A DNA stretch of 64,000 bases from the NCBI GenBank assembly GCA_021813125.1, contig JAKALT010000004.1, forward strand, positions 7,941 to 71,940, written 5' to 3'. Positions 1 to 9,428 of the stretch are shown piece by piece. The translations under genes were made by a program, and so were the position numbers. This DNA comes from a bacterium. Its GTDB lineage: Bacteria > Patescibacteriota > Microgenomatia > Curtissbacterales > GWA2-41-24. Below the pieces are notes generated by a model. The model had not been told where the DNA came from, searched no databases, and saw only the letters and a list, made by a program, of their open reading frames with translations. Positions within the stretch are counted from its first letter, which is position 1, and each line of letters opens with the position of its first letter.

Positions 1-788
1 GCAACTTCAAAAAACTGATACGCCAGGCCGTAAAAGCCAACCTCGCGAGATGGCCAACTATAAGAGAGGATTAAAACATCGACCCTAAAATAAATCAGAT
101 TAAAAATCAATGCGACCCCAATTGGCCAGGCACCCTTTAGAAGTTTTCCGAACTCTATTTTGGAAAATTCCGGTATAAGTGAAACACTGTATTTTTTTAA
201 AATTAAAAAATAGGCAACTGCTACAAAAGTTATGCCTCCAAAAACATAGGCAGCAACATAGAGAAAGATTGAGGCCCGGGTTAAAACGGCAAAAATAGTA
301 ACCAAAAGTATTACAAAGGTCCCGATAATGCTGGCCAAGGTTGAGAGGTCATAGCGCAAGTTTTTTTGAAAAAAGGCGTTGGCGCTAGTAAAAAGTGCCT
401 GGGTAATAATTGTAAGTGAGGCGACAATAATTCCTAATTTGACAATAGGGCTGAATCCTAAACCTGAGGAAGGATTGTAAGGAAGCGCAAAACTTAAAGC
501 AATGGCAACTGCTGCCAAAAGTAATGACACCAATAGCCGCAAGCCGAAAAGGCAGCGAATCAAATTATTTGTTGCTGCTTTTGCTTCCAGTTTGATGTAA
601 ATTGCATTAAAACCAAAGTCTGCAAGAGTGTAAAAGTAACCGACGAAAGTAAAGACTTTGGTGAAATCTCCATAACCTGCAGGGCCCAGGGTGCGGCCGA
701 TTAAGATTGTTATCAGAAGACTTGATGAGGCTGTTACAAACTTGCCTAAAGTTTGTGAAGCAGTGTTGTAAATTACTTTTTTAAACAT
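1..788 (-). CDS. Polysaccharide biosynthesis / Wzx-like flippase, partial. The C-terminus runs off the window start.
   Basis: My own minus-strand translation starting at ATG 788 gives MFKKVIYNTASQTLGKFVTASSSLLITILIGRTLGPAGYGDF... with multiple TM helices. The N-terminal pattern is typical of the Polysacc_synt/MOP flippase family. There is no stop codon before position 1. Confidence 0.5.
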   Translation of the reverse strand, partial: MFKKVIYNTASQTLGKFVTASSSLLITILIGRTLGPAGYGDFTKVFTFVGYFYTLADFGFNAIYIKLEAKAATNNLIRCLFGLRLLVSLLLAAVAIALSFALPYNPSSGLGFSPIVKLGIIVASLTIITQALFTSANAFFQKNLRYDLSTLASIIGTFVILLVTIFAVLTRASIFLYVAAYVFGGITFVAVAYFLILKKYSVSLIPEFSKIEFGKLLKGAWPIGVALIFNLIYFRVDVLILSYSWPSREVGFYGLAYQFFEV

Positions 789-803
789 CTAAAGGTAAAT
801 ATA

Positions 804-2027
804 TCAGGAAGCGGATTGCTTTTGCGAACTTAAAATCCAGCTCAGCGAAAGCCAAAATATTAAGAGCCCCTGCTGGAGGGTCCAGAGGAAATGGTCTATT
901 GATGAAAAAATTAAAATGGCAATAAAAATGGCTGTTTTTTCTTTTGTTTGTGCCTTTTGGGAGACGGCAAAAAGAAAAAGCGTAAAAAACAAAAGCCCAA
1001 ATAAGCCATTTTCGGCAAGAACTAAAAGAAAAACGTTATGAACTGGCTGAAGAAGTCTAATCTGGGATATAGAAGTTAAATCCAGTTTGGAAAGCTCCAG
1101 TATAAAATTGCCTGCACCTACTCCAAATATAAGATTTTTGAGCGAAATGTTTAACGCAGCCTGGATTAAAGTTAGACGTTCGGCAACCGAAGCAACTTGG
1201 GTAGTTGTAGCAATTTTAGCCAAGAGCAGCACAATTAGGCCCAATAACATGCTTTTTAGTACAAACTCCTTAAGGTTATTTGACATGACTATAAAAGCCG
1301 TTATAAAAGTTAAGATTGCCCCTTTTGAAAAGGTAAGGACAGTTGCTGTTACACTTGTAAGAAACGTCGTTTTGTTTGGCTTTGAGGAAATTAAAATTAT
1401 TGTGTATATTACCAAAAATGCACCCAGAACGTTAGGGTGGGAGAAAGTTCCATATGGCCTTAGAAGTTGGTAACCAAAAAACTCAAAGTGGGCTATGTCG
1501 GGAGTAGTTGAGTTAAAAGATCTTTCACCCAAAATCCAAAGGCCTAAAGATCTTTGATATAAAAATTGCAAAAATACAACCACTGATTGCCATACAAGCG
1601 AAAAGGTAATTACCCCAGGAATTAATGCTTTGAGTTTATGATCTGAAAAATCATAAGCTGCAAAAACCGAAAGCAGGCCGAATTCGAAAATTTTTGCGAA
1701 CAGGTAAAGTGATGCTTGTTTCGAAACAGATGATATTAATGAATTGATTAATAAGAAGGCTAAAAAAGAAACAATACTTATAAGGTAAAACAACCTTTGA
1801 TTGTAAAATTTTTTAAAATCTGACCTTGTTTTTTTGCCACCTGCAAATATTCCAAAAACAGCAGTTACCAAGTAAGAAACAATAACTATGTCGGATAAAT
1901 ACAAATTTTGGGCACGGTAGTCTATTGGAATACCAAGCACATACGAATAATAGGGGAAAAAGAATTTGCCAAGCTGAATTGGAACGGCCGCTAAGATGAG
2001 CAGAAAGAGTATCTTTCTTTTTGGCAT
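804..2027 (-). CDS. O-antigen ligase / Wzy_C-family polytopic membrane protein
   Basis: 407-aa polytopic protein. It carries the PHNVFLLVLAENGLFG motif (H-N-x-x-L...E-x-G) characteristic of the O-antigen ligase/Wzy_C domain. Confidence 0.5.
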   Translation of the reverse strand: MPKRKILFLLILAAVPIQLGKFFFPYYSYVLGIPIDYRAQNLYLSDIVIVSYLVTAVFGIFAGGKKTRSDFKKFYNQRLFYLISIVSFLAFLLINSLISSVSKQASLYLFAKIFEFGLLSVFAAYDFSDHKLKALIPGVITFSLVWQSVVVFLQFLYQRSLGLWILGERSFNSTTPDIAHFEFFGYQLLRPYGTFSHPNVLGAFLVIYTIILISSKPNKTTFLTSVTATVLTFSKGAILTFITAFIVMSNNLKEFVLKSMLLGLIVLLLAKIATTTQVASVAERLTLIQAALNISLKNLIFGVGAGNFILELSKLDLTSISQIRLLQPVHNVFLLVLAENGLFGLLFFTLFLFAVSQKAQTKEKTAIFIAILIFSSIDHFLWTLQQGLLIFWLSLSWILSSQKQSAS

Positions 2028-2045
2028 TAAATTTTGTGGACAGCT

Positions 2046-2522
2046 TTATTTGGGTTTTATTATTAAATACCTGGCGTCGCCTTCACCCTCTGATATTGTG
2101 GTCACGGCTGGGTGATTTGTAAGATAGGCGTGGATTACTCTTCTTTCGGAAGGCTTAAGATTATAAAGAATTTCTTCTTTGCCGGTCTCTTCTACCCGTT
2201 GGGCTATTGAATCTGCCATTTTTTCCAATCTTTGCTCTTTTTGTTTACGCCAACCGTCAATATCGAGAAAAACCTCAAAGTCGTCATTTTTTGTTTGTGA
2301 TTTAAGCCGGACGGCCAAAACAAACTGCAAACTTTCGAGGTTTGCTCCGAGTTTGCCGATGAGAAGAGATGAGTCTTTTGATGACACATCCACAAAATAA
2401 GTGTTGTCTATTTTGGAAATTTCGGCTGTTGCGGAAACGTCCAGAAGTTCAATTAATTCCTTGACGTTTTGAGCAACCAAATTTTCGTCCAGCTTAACTG
2501 CTGATGTCTGTGTTTTTGGCAT
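2046..2522 (-). CDS. jag: Jag/KhpB-like RNA-binding protein with KH and R3H domains
   Basis: 158 aa located downstream of yidC, as in the conserved rnpA-yidC-jag arrangement. The C-terminal R3H-like region reads RVIHAYLTNHPAVTTISEGEGDARYLIIKP. Confidence 0.6.
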   Translation of the reverse strand: MPKTQTSAVKLDENLVAQNVKELIELLDVSATAEISKIDNTYFVDVSSKDSSLLIGKLGANLESLQFVLAVRLKSQTKNDDFEVFLDIDGWRKQKEQRLEKMADSIAQRVEETGKEEILYNLKPSERRVIHAYLTNHPAVTTISEGEGDARYLIIKPK

Positions 2523-2525
2523 ATA

Positions 2526-3365
2526 TCATTTCTTCCAATTTTCCGGCAGATATTTATTAAACGATCCTGCGCCAGAAATCAAATATTGTTGAATGATGCC
2601 GATTATAGTAAAAGTGTTCCAATAAAGCGAGAGGCCAACCGGGAATCCGTACGAAAAGAAAGCTATCATTGCCGGCATTATTAATGACATTTGTGATTGC
2701 ATGGAGGCCATTGCATCTTCCATACTTTCTTTTTCCTTTTCTTTGGTTTTAGGTTTTATGGCTTGAGTTTGGGCCGTTGGCATAAGCATTTTTGACTGAA
2801 CATATTGGAAAAGACCAGTTAAAATCGGGATTATCAAAATGAAAAAGCCAATATGGGCCCAGTCACTTGGTTTATTTTCAAGCCGCAATCCAAAAAAGAA
2901 CGTGTTGGGAATTTTATCAAGGTGCATGGCGGAAAAGTATATTTTAGAGTTGATCTTAGTTAGAAAATCTGTTTTTGTTGGATCAACTATTTCCAAAAGA
3001 ACTCTGTAAAGGGCAATAAACACAGGTATTTGAACTAACAACGGTAAACAGCCAGCCAGCGGGTTGACTCCGTGTTCCTTGTAAAGTTTGGTTACCTCCT
3101 CCTGGTGGCGAACTTTATCTTGACCGTGTTCGGCTTTAATTCGGTCAAGATGGGGCTTTAAGGCTGCCATCTTTTGAGTGCTCTTGAGCTGAGCCGCAGT
3201 AAGAGGCCAAAGGATAAGCCTTACAATGATTGTCAAAATAATTATTGCCAGTCCAAGAGCGCCAGGAATATGAATAAATAGAAAAACCTTATAAAAAACA
3301 ATAAGTAAGTTTAAGATTGGGGTTATAAGAAGTGCGTCAAACGGGTTCATATTAAGCTGGGTCAA
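2526..3365 (-). CDS. yidC: Membrane protein insertase YidC/Oxa1 family
   Basis: 279-aa polytopic protein. It sits in the conserved position between yidD/rnpA and jag, and its hydrophobic core resembles YidC. Confidence 0.7.
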   Translation of the reverse strand: MTQLNMNPFDALLITPILNLLIVFYKVFLFIHIPGALGLAIIILTIIVRLILWPLTAAQLKSTQKMAALKPHLDRIKAEHGQDKVRHQEEVTKLYKEHGVNPLAGCLPLLVQIPVFIALYRVLLEIVDPTKTDFLTKINSKIYFSAMHLDKIPNTFFFGLRLENKPSDWAHIGFFILIIPILTGLFQYVQSKMLMPTAQTQAIKPKTKEKEKESMEDAMASMQSQMSLIMPAMIAFFSYGFPVGLSLYWNTFTIIGIIQQYLISGAGSFNKYLPENWKK

Positions 3366-3549
3366 AATAGGATCTTTTCGATAATGGATGGCAAGATAAA
3401 ACTCTCAAGGCTCCTTTTGCGGCACCTTTTATTAGCCCGTATTTGTTGATGGCGTCTAGCATATACTCGGAGCAGGTGGGGTCGTATCTGCATGCCCTGA
3501 CGTTAGACGGGAAAAGGATGTGATAAATGTTATACAAAATTCTGATCAT
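3352..3549 (-). CDS. yidD: Membrane protein insertion efficiency factor YidD
   Basis: 65 aa carrying the [10 protein letters not shown] motif that is the YidD hallmark. It overlaps the yidC start. Confidence 0.7.
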   Translation of the reverse strand: MIRILYNIYHILFPSNVRACRYDPTCSEYMLDAINKYGLIKGAAKGALRVLSCHPLSKRSYFDPA

Positions 3550-3551
3550 AT

Positions 3552-3836
3552 TTAGATAAGACTTTTTATTTGCGGCATAAGTTTTTTGGCAACGTCTGCT
3601 AATTTTAGTCCCGATAAGTCCTTTTTGACAATTATCCTTAGATCTCCTTTTAATTTCATATCTTGTAAAATTTCCCTGATCAATCTTTTTATCCTATTTC
3701 TTGAAACCGCCTTTGGGGCTGTTCTTTTGGTAATTATTATTGTCTGTTTTACTTTTTCCCCCTTCTTGAAGCTTATTACAAAATCGCCTGACTGGTTTTT
3801 TGATGGTAAACTTTCGCCTTTTGGGGAAAATGACAT
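3552..3836 (-). CDS. rnpA: RNase P protein component
   Basis: 94-aa basic protein immediately downstream of rpmH. It carries an IKRLIRE-type motif typical of RnpA. Confidence 0.7.
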   Translation of the reverse strand: MSFSPKGESLPSKNQSGDFVISFKKGEKVKQTIIITKRTAPKAVSRNRIKRLIREILQDMKLKGDLRIIVKKDLSGLKLADVAKKLMPQIKSLI

Positions 3837-3973
3837 TAAACGGCTAGCTTTGCCCTGCTTTTTGCCCTTCTTCTTTTGAGGACTTTTCTGCCGCCTGCGG
3901 TTTGCATTCGCTTTCTAAATCCGTGGGTTCTGGCCCTCTTTTTTTTCTTCGGTTGATAAGTGCGTTTTGGCAT
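3836..3973 (-). CDS. rpmH: 50S ribosomal protein L34
   Basis: [45 protein letters not shown] is the canonical L34 sequence. The listed ORF (to 4039) is over-extended, so the start is taken at the internal Met. Confidence 0.85.
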   Translation of the reverse strand: MPKRTYQPKKKKRARTHGFRKRMQTAGGRKVLKRRRAKSRAKLAV

Positions 3974-4029
3974 GGGAAAAGCATATATGAGAAGCTTAAA
4001 ATTTGCAAGAGGTGAGGCTAAATTTGTAG

Positions 4030-4038
4030 TTATCCACA
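4030..4038 (+). promoter_or_regulatory. Perfect DnaA box (TTATCCACA) in the rpmH-dnaA intergenic region. This is the likely oriC/dnaA promoter region.
   Basis: The 9-mer exactly matches the consensus DnaA box. A one-mismatch variant, TTATCAACA, occurs at 5651-5659 in the dnaA-dnaN spacer. Confidence 0.45.
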
Positions 4039-4189
4039 AAAATTTTAGCCGCTTGACAAGTGTTTATAAGTTTTGCAATGATAAATGCCGGAGCAAAAAA
4101 CAAGATCTTCTTTTCCTGCAAGATCAGATCTTCATAAGCCTGCAAGCGCGTTCGAGCGAAAGCTCCAAAAATTTATACATATTTATTGA

Positions 4190-5548
4190 ATGCAAAAAGA
4201 CGGACAAAAAGTCTGGAGTGATGTTTGCTCTCGGCTAAAACTACAAGTTTCTACGTCGGCTTTTAGGACCTGGTTTTCTGGGTCCTTTGTTTTGGACTCA
4301 AAGCAAGACGGCGGAAAAGTTCTTTTGGTTATTGGCCTAAAAAACAATTTCTTGAAGGAGCAGGTTGAAAACCGCTATATGGATATTGTTGCCCGGGCCA
4401 TTTCGGAGTGCGGCTACAAAGACACCTCGGCAATTTTTGTAGTCGCCAACAGAGAAGTGAAAGCCGATTCAATCGGGGCACCAATTTTTACAGGTATTGT
4501 GCCCGAGATGATTGTAAAAAATATCAGGTCTGATTCCCTTAATCCAAACCATACATTTAGTAATTTTGTCGTGGGGTATTCAAATAATCTCGCGTATTTG
4601 GCCGCTTCCAAGGTGGCCGGCAATTTAGGCGGAGCCTACAACCCCCTCATGATTTACGGCTCTGTCGGTGTCGGGAAAACCCATCTTTTGCAGGCTGTCG
4701 GGAACCAAGTGCTTTCAAGAGTGCTAGATTCTAAAGTACTTTACGTAACATCCGAAAAGTTTACAAATGATTTTTTAGAGTCGCTACGCAATAAAACACA
4801 GGCTTCTTTTAGACAAAAATACCGCAGCGTTGACCTCCTTTTGGTAGACGATATCCAATTCTTGGCCGGTAAAGAAAGCACTCAGGATGAATTTTTCCAC
4901 ACGTTTAACGAAATCTGCCTTTCGGGGAAGCAAGTCGTTTTGGCAAGCGATAGGCATCCAAAAGAGTTGGGTCGCCTTAAAGAAAGGTTAGTTAGTCGAT
5001 TTTTGGGTGGAATGACAGCTGATATCGGGTTACCTGATTTGGAAATGAGAATGGCAATTATTCGTGCAAAGTGCGCCGAGCGGGGGATAAAGCTTGACCA
5101 CGAGCTGGTCAGTTGGGTTGCCAAGGAAAGCACGGGTGGGGTAAGGGAACTTGAAGGTATGCTTACTTCAATGCTTGCCTACATGAAAATCAATGCCGGA
5201 AAAGCCACAGTTGAAGAGATTAAGTCGGCTGTTTCCAGTAATAGACCTTCTATTAAAAATCCGCCAACGCCAGGTAGGGTTATTGAGGCTGTTTGCCGAC
5301 ACTTTAAGGTTGACTCTATCTCTTTGCGCGGCTCAAGTCGAAAAGCAGCAATTGTTCTGGCAAGGCAAGTTCTAATGTACTTTTTGAGGACAGAGCTGGG
5401 TTTGCCCCTTGAGCAAATCGGTGACCTTGTTGGGGGCCGCGACCATTCTACTGTAATTCATGGAGTTGAAAAGATTTCCAGGTTGATTTCGGCAAGCCAA
5501 AAGAAGAAGGATGATATTTTGAGAATTCAGTCTTTAATCCACGCGTAA
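4190..5548 (+). CDS. dnaA: Chromosomal replication initiator DnaA
   Basis: Carries the AAA+ Walker A GSVGVGKTHLL and the Walker B region LLLVDDIQFL. The C-terminal DnaA box-binding domain reads VLARQVLMYFLRTELGLPLEQIGDLVGGRDHSTVIHG. Confidence 0.9.
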   Translation: MQKDGQKVWSDVCSRLKLQVSTSAFRTWFSGSFVLDSKQDGGKVLLVIGLKNNFLKEQVENRYMDIVARAISECGYKDTSAIFVVANREVKADSIGAPIFTGIVPEMIVKNIRSDSLNPNHTFSNFVVGYSNNLAYLAASKVAGNLGGAYNPLMIYGSVGVGKTHLLQAVGNQVLSRVLDSKVLYVTSEKFTNDFLESLRNKTQASFRQKYRSVDLLLVDDIQFLAGKESTQDEFFHTFNEICLSGKQVVLASDRHPKELGRLKERLVSRFLGGMTADIGLPDLEMRMAIIRAKCAERGIKLDHELVSWVAKESTGGVRELEGMLTSMLAYMKINAGKATVEEIKSAVSSNRPSIKNPPTPGRVIEAVCRHFKVDSISLRGSSRKAAIVLARQVLMYFLRTELGLPLEQIGDLVGGRDHSTVIHGVEKISRLISASQKKKDDILRIQSLIHA

Positions 5549-5773
5549 AGTAATTTTTTCCACGCAAGTTTTTTGTTTTTAACCCTAAAGCCTGGCTTTT
5601 ACACAATTTTTTGAACTCCAATTTAAATTTGCGGCCTGTGAGTTGTCAACTTATCAACATTACTTTAACTATGACTGCGGTTTAAAGAACCTATTTAGTA
5701 AGTGTAGATTTGAAGCTTTTATCTGTATATAATAGAGGTGCTATAATCCCCAAGGTCTGCCCCATGCACAATT

Positions 5774-6913
5774 ATGAAAGTGGTAATTTCTAAAGCCGAT
5801 CTTTTAAAAACACTTATTGTTGCAAGCAGGTCAATGCTTTCTAAGGCAAACTTACCGATTCTTTCAAATATTTTGATTGACGCGTCGGGCGGAAAGCTTG
5901 AGGTGGTTACCACCAATCTTGAAACCGCCGTTAAGGCAAGCGTTAAGTGCCAGGTGGATGCAGAGGGTAAAGTGACCGTTCCGGGCAAGGTTTTTCTGGA
6001 ATACGTGTCCCAGATACCCGAAGGGGAAATTTTGCTAGAAAAGCTCGGCGAGGAAGTGGTGGTTTCAACAAAAGGCTATAATGCGCGCTTTGCGACAATG
6101 CCTTCCGAGGAGTTTCCGGCGATACCAAAAATAACAGGCGGGAAGCTTTTAAATATTGATAGCCAAAAGTTTTTAGATAGTGTTACCAAGGTTTCTTTCG
6201 CTGCGGCCCAGGATGAAAGCAGGCCTGTTCTTTCCGGTGTTTTTGTAGAATTTAACAAAAAAGGCATGATTATGGTTGCAACGGATGGTTACCGGTTAAG
6301 CTATAACGAAACTGTAGTTGAGGCCGGTGAAGGATTATCGGGTCTTGGCTTGGTGATTCCCGCGAAGTCAATTGTTGAGGCTTCAAAAATAATTGGCGAA
6401 GCAGGAGAAGAGGGCGGAAAGGTGACTGTTGTAGTAGCTGAAAATCTTAGCCAGGTGAATTTTAAAATCGGAGAGGTGGAATTTACCTCCCGGCTTATCG
6501 AAGGCGAGTTCCCGGCATGGCAAAAGATAATCCCGACAAATTTTGCAACGAAGGCGGTTGTTCCCAAGCAGGATTTCATAAATGTTGTTCGGGCCGCCTC
6601 GATTTTTGCAAGGGAATCAGGAAGCATTGTCAAGCTTAAGCTTGAGCCTGGCAAGAATGGCCAGGGTAGCTTAGGTTTGAGTGCGGCGACAGCGCAGGTA
6701 GGCTCCGGAGATGCCCAGGTTTCTACTCAGCTAGACGGCAAGGGTGGGGAGATTGCTTTTAACTTCCGATATTTGCTGGAAGCGCTTTCGGTTATTGGTG
6801 GGGAAGACGTGGTTTTTGAGATGAACGAGAGCTTGAACCCCGGTAGGATGACGTCAACTGATCCCAAGGATAAGTTTTTCCATATTGTTATGCCTGTGCG
6901 GCTGCAAGGGTAA
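5774..6913 (+). CDS. dnaN: DNA polymerase III beta sliding clamp
   Basis: 379-aa three-domain clamp in the conserved position after dnaA. The sequence is typical of DnaN (LLKTLIVASRSM..., GYRLSYNE). Confidence 0.85.
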   Translation: MKVVISKADLLKTLIVASRSMLSKANLPILSNILIDASGGKLEVVTTNLETAVKASVKCQVDAEGKVTVPGKVFLEYVSQIPEGEILLEKLGEEVVVSTKGYNARFATMPSEEFPAIPKITGGKLLNIDSQKFLDSVTKVSFAAAQDESRPVLSGVFVEFNKKGMIMVATDGYRLSYNETVVEAGEGLSGLGLVIPAKSIVEASKIIGEAGEEGGKVTVVVAENLSQVNFKIGEVEFTSRLIEGEFPAWQKIIPTNFATKAVVPKQDFINVVRAASIFARESGSIVKLKLEPGKNGQGSLGLSAATAQVGSGDAQVSTQLDGKGGEIAFNFRYLLEALSVIGGEDVVFEMNESLNPGRMTSTDPKDKFFHIVMPVRLQG

Positions 6914-6924
6914 AATAGAGTTGT

Positions 6925-7230
6925 ATGTCATTTAAACCTGTAGGCAGCTTGATTAGCACTTCTGTTGTCCGTTCTAAAACTCCCGATGCGATTTTGGCCT
7001 TAAGGGTTAGGCAAATAGCAAAAGAGGCAATAAACAGAGAATTGTTTGATATGCCAAGGGATTTGCTTGCCGCAATTAAGGTTAAATCATACAGAAAGGG
7101 TGTCCTTATGGTATCTGCTCCACAACTTTTAGCTGCAGAACTTCAGATGCGCTCTGGTGGGCTGAAGGAAACTATTAATAGAGGGCTCGGCGGAAAGATT
7201 GTTAAGGGTTTACGGTTTCGGGTTTCTTGA
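6925..7230 (+). CDS. DUF721/DciA-like small protein
   Basis: 101 aa immediately after dnaN, ending in ...IVKGLRFRVS. This C-terminal pattern is typical of DUF721 proteins, which are found next to dnaN/recF. Confidence 0.45.
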   Translation: MSFKPVGSLISTSVVRSKTPDAILALRVRQIAKEAINRELFDMPRDLLAAIKVKSYRKGVLMVSAPQLLAAELQMRSGGLKETINRGLGGKIVKGLRFRVS

Positions 7231-8218
7231 AAAACTTTTCTTGAATTGCCGGTAAGGCAAAAGTGAGATAAACTTGTGAATTATTAACCGTTGCCTGGCC
7301 GTCAAAGGCCCAAATGGGCTGAATTGGGGCACTTAGGTCTGCCGGTATAAAGTAGGCAAGGCGAGGATTGTAGGCTGTTACTTTATCAATAGAGCTTATT
7401 TGCGAAGCATAACCGCCAAGACCTTCAATTAAAATTATGGACCCCTTCCCGTTTTGAAGGGCCTGAACAGCCTCGGCATATTTTATTAAGGGATATTTGC
7501 TAAGCGGTTTGGAGTTTTCCAGAGGGCTGAAATTAAAAGAGGTCACCTGGCCAGATATATCAACAGACGCATTAGTGGCGAAGGAGTTGGTGATTGTTGG
7601 TATTTCCGAGAAGGTATAGCCAAAGTTTAGATTTATTTGATCTGCTTGGTTTGGATCTTGGGTATCAACTATATTATCGCCAACAATAGCTTCGAGTTTG
7701 CTTTCTGCTAGATTAAGTCTGCTTGTATCAAGGCCAAGGCTTGATAAGTATTTTTTGGCAATTTCAGCTGCCTGATCCTTGTTGAATTTGCCTTTTTGGG
7801 GCTTAAGATTCAGTTTTTGGTAGGATATTGAATTTTTGTATACAGACAAAACACTATTTTGGCCTGCGTATATGTTACCCTGCCCCAGGTTCACATCTTT
7901 TGTTTGTATCGGGCTCTTGTCGATTCCGAGCTTAGAAGCAAGGGCGGCGGATTCTTTGAGGAAGTCATTGTTTTGTTTAATGGCATATGTCGGCAGCAAG
8001 TAAATGATATTTTTGGGTTCATTTAGGTTCTGGGTATCCAGGCTCTTTACTTTGATTGAGAATATAGCAAGTTGGGGCGGGTTTAATAAAGGAAGCTGAC
8101 TAATTTTTTTGTTTAGGTAAATTATTGTTATTGCAAAGATTAGAATAATAACCGCTGCCGAGGCTAGGATTATGCCGGTATATTTTTTTATAAATTGAGA
8201 AATTACAGTTAAGTTCAT
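7202..8218 (-). CDS. Membrane-anchored secreted hypothetical protein; last gene of the putative T4SS-like operon
   Basis: 338 aa with an N-terminal TM anchor and a hydrophilic ectodomain. Its start overlaps the upstream M23 gene by 4 nt. Confidence 0.4.
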   Translation of the reverse strand: MNLTVISQFIKKYTGIILASAAVIILIFAITIIYLNKKISQLPLLNPPQLAIFSIKVKSLDTQNLNEPKNIIYLLPTYAIKQNNDFLKESAALASKLGIDKSPIQTKDVNLGQGNIYAGQNSVLSVYKNSISYQKLNLKPQKGKFNKDQAAEIAKKYLSSLGLDTSRLNLAESKLEAIVGDNIVDTQDPNQADQINLNFGYTFSEIPTITNSFATNASVDISGQVTSFNFSPLENSKPLSKYPLIKYAEAVQALQNGKGSIILIEGLGGYASQISSIDKVTAYNPRLAYFIPADLSAPIQPIWAFDGQATVNNSQVYLTFALPAIQEKFFKKPETVNP

Positions 8219-8847
8219 GGTGCACTAGTTATTGTTATACCGCATGGGTCTGGATCGCAATATCTGGGAACAGAAACTGGAACATGCGGAGGGTCGCTTA
8301 TGGAATATGACCTATTTTGATACCTGTTAAATTGATAATGGGTGTGGGCTCCTGTGCCCTCCGTTCCAGAAAGACCTATTTGTTGTCCGAACACTACAGT
8401 GTCGCCAACATTAACATTGGTTGCAGAAAGATGCCAATAATAAACTACGTCAAGGCCTGGGCAATTTGGGGTTACAGTTATACGTTGGTCAAAGTTATCG
8501 CCTTTATTTTTAAAATTTTCAGTTACAGTGCCAGAGACAGTTGCGTAAACGGGGGTTCCAATTGGTGTGCCGATATCTATAGCTTCAAGTTCACCGTTAC
8601 CTATGAGTACCGGGGGGTCGCCATGAGAAGTGTGACCCATTGGCCCTTGAGTTATGTAACCTGTTGTGGCCCAGCCTTGCGGGCAATTACTGCTAACCGT
8701 GCCAATTTGCACTACTGCCCTTGCCGTGCCTTGATAAGTTGTGGCGGAGGATTGAATTGGGAAAATTGCTGAAACTAAAAAGAAAAAGGCGAGAAAGAGC
8801 TTTATTTTTAAGTTTGAGAGAACCTTAATCTTTAGTTTTTTTGTCAT
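8215..8847 (-). CDS. Peptidase M23 (LytM-type) family protein
   Basis: Signal peptide present. The motifs GHTSHGD...D and GTGAHTHYQF fit the M23 HxxxD / HxH zinc-site pattern. It is translationally coupled within the putative T4SS-like operon. Confidence 0.65.
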   Translation of the reverse strand: MTKKLKIKVLSNLKIKLFLAFFFLVSAIFPIQSSATTYQGTARAVVQIGTVSSNCPQGWATTGYITQGPMGHTSHGDPPVLIGNGELEAIDIGTPIGTPVYATVSGTVTENFKNKGDNFDQRITVTPNCPGLDVVYYWHLSATNVNVGDTVVFGQQIGLSGTEGTGAHTHYQFNRYQNRSYSISDPPHVPVSVPRYCDPDPCGITITSAP

Positions 8848-9428
8848 TGTTTTTCGAAAATGTATTTACCATTCTGCTTTACGACTTTAGGAAATTCTGC
8901 AGAAGGATTTAGCCAAGACTCGGCCGTTTTTTGGTTTTGAAAGTTGTCGGCCCAGATGATGTAGAGTGCGGACGGATTAACCCCGTTTGAGGTGAGAAAA
9001 TCGTAGAGAGAGCTTGCCGTATCCCGAAAATCCTGGACTGTTAGTGGAAATTTCGGGTCTTCTTTTAGGGTAGTAAAATCAATGCCAATTATCGCGACAT
9101 GAAGTTCGTAAAGATCGGGGGTTTTAACGAAGGCCAGGTAAGAAACTTTGGTGCCGGTTGAGGTTGTAATCGTTTGGTTGTGGGGCAGCTTAGGTTTTAT
9201 AAGGTCAAGGGCATTTTTGGACAGTTGTACTTCGGGGGCGGTTGTGTCGAGTTTACCGTTTGAAACAGGTTGTTGGCTCGATGGCGGAGGGGTATATCTT
9301 GGTTTTGCCCTACGGATCGCTTGTTGGGCAACTATTGCTATTGATAAGATGAGAATTACCAGGCCGGCCAACAAGAAAAACTTGTGGCGAATGAAGGTAT
9401 TTTGGATTTTGTTTAAAGAAAATGTCAT
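8844..9428 (-). CDS. Membrane-anchored hypothetical protein (T4SS-like operon)
   Basis: 194 aa with a single N-terminal TM and a 4-nt overlap with both neighbours. Confidence 0.4.
   Translation of the reverse strand: MTFSLNKIQNTFIRHKFFLLAGLVILILSIAIVAQQAIRRAKPRYTPPPSSQQPVSNGKLDTTAPEVQLSKNALDLIKPKLPHNQTITTSTGTKVSYLAFVKTPDLYELHVAIIGIDFTTLKEDPKFPLTVQDFRDTASSLYDFLTSNGVNPSALYIIWADNFQNQKTAESWLNPSAEFPKVVKQNGKYIFEKQ

Noticed and set aside
1087-1473. 128-aa plus-strand ORF inside the O-antigen-ligase gene
   Set aside because: It is entirely antisense to a longer, motif-bearing membrane protein gene. It is one of many antisense ORFs of the same kind, including 2179-2400, 4414-4623, 8317-8772, 10209-10826, 21438-21791, 22617-23051 and 34251-34781, all treated as spurious.
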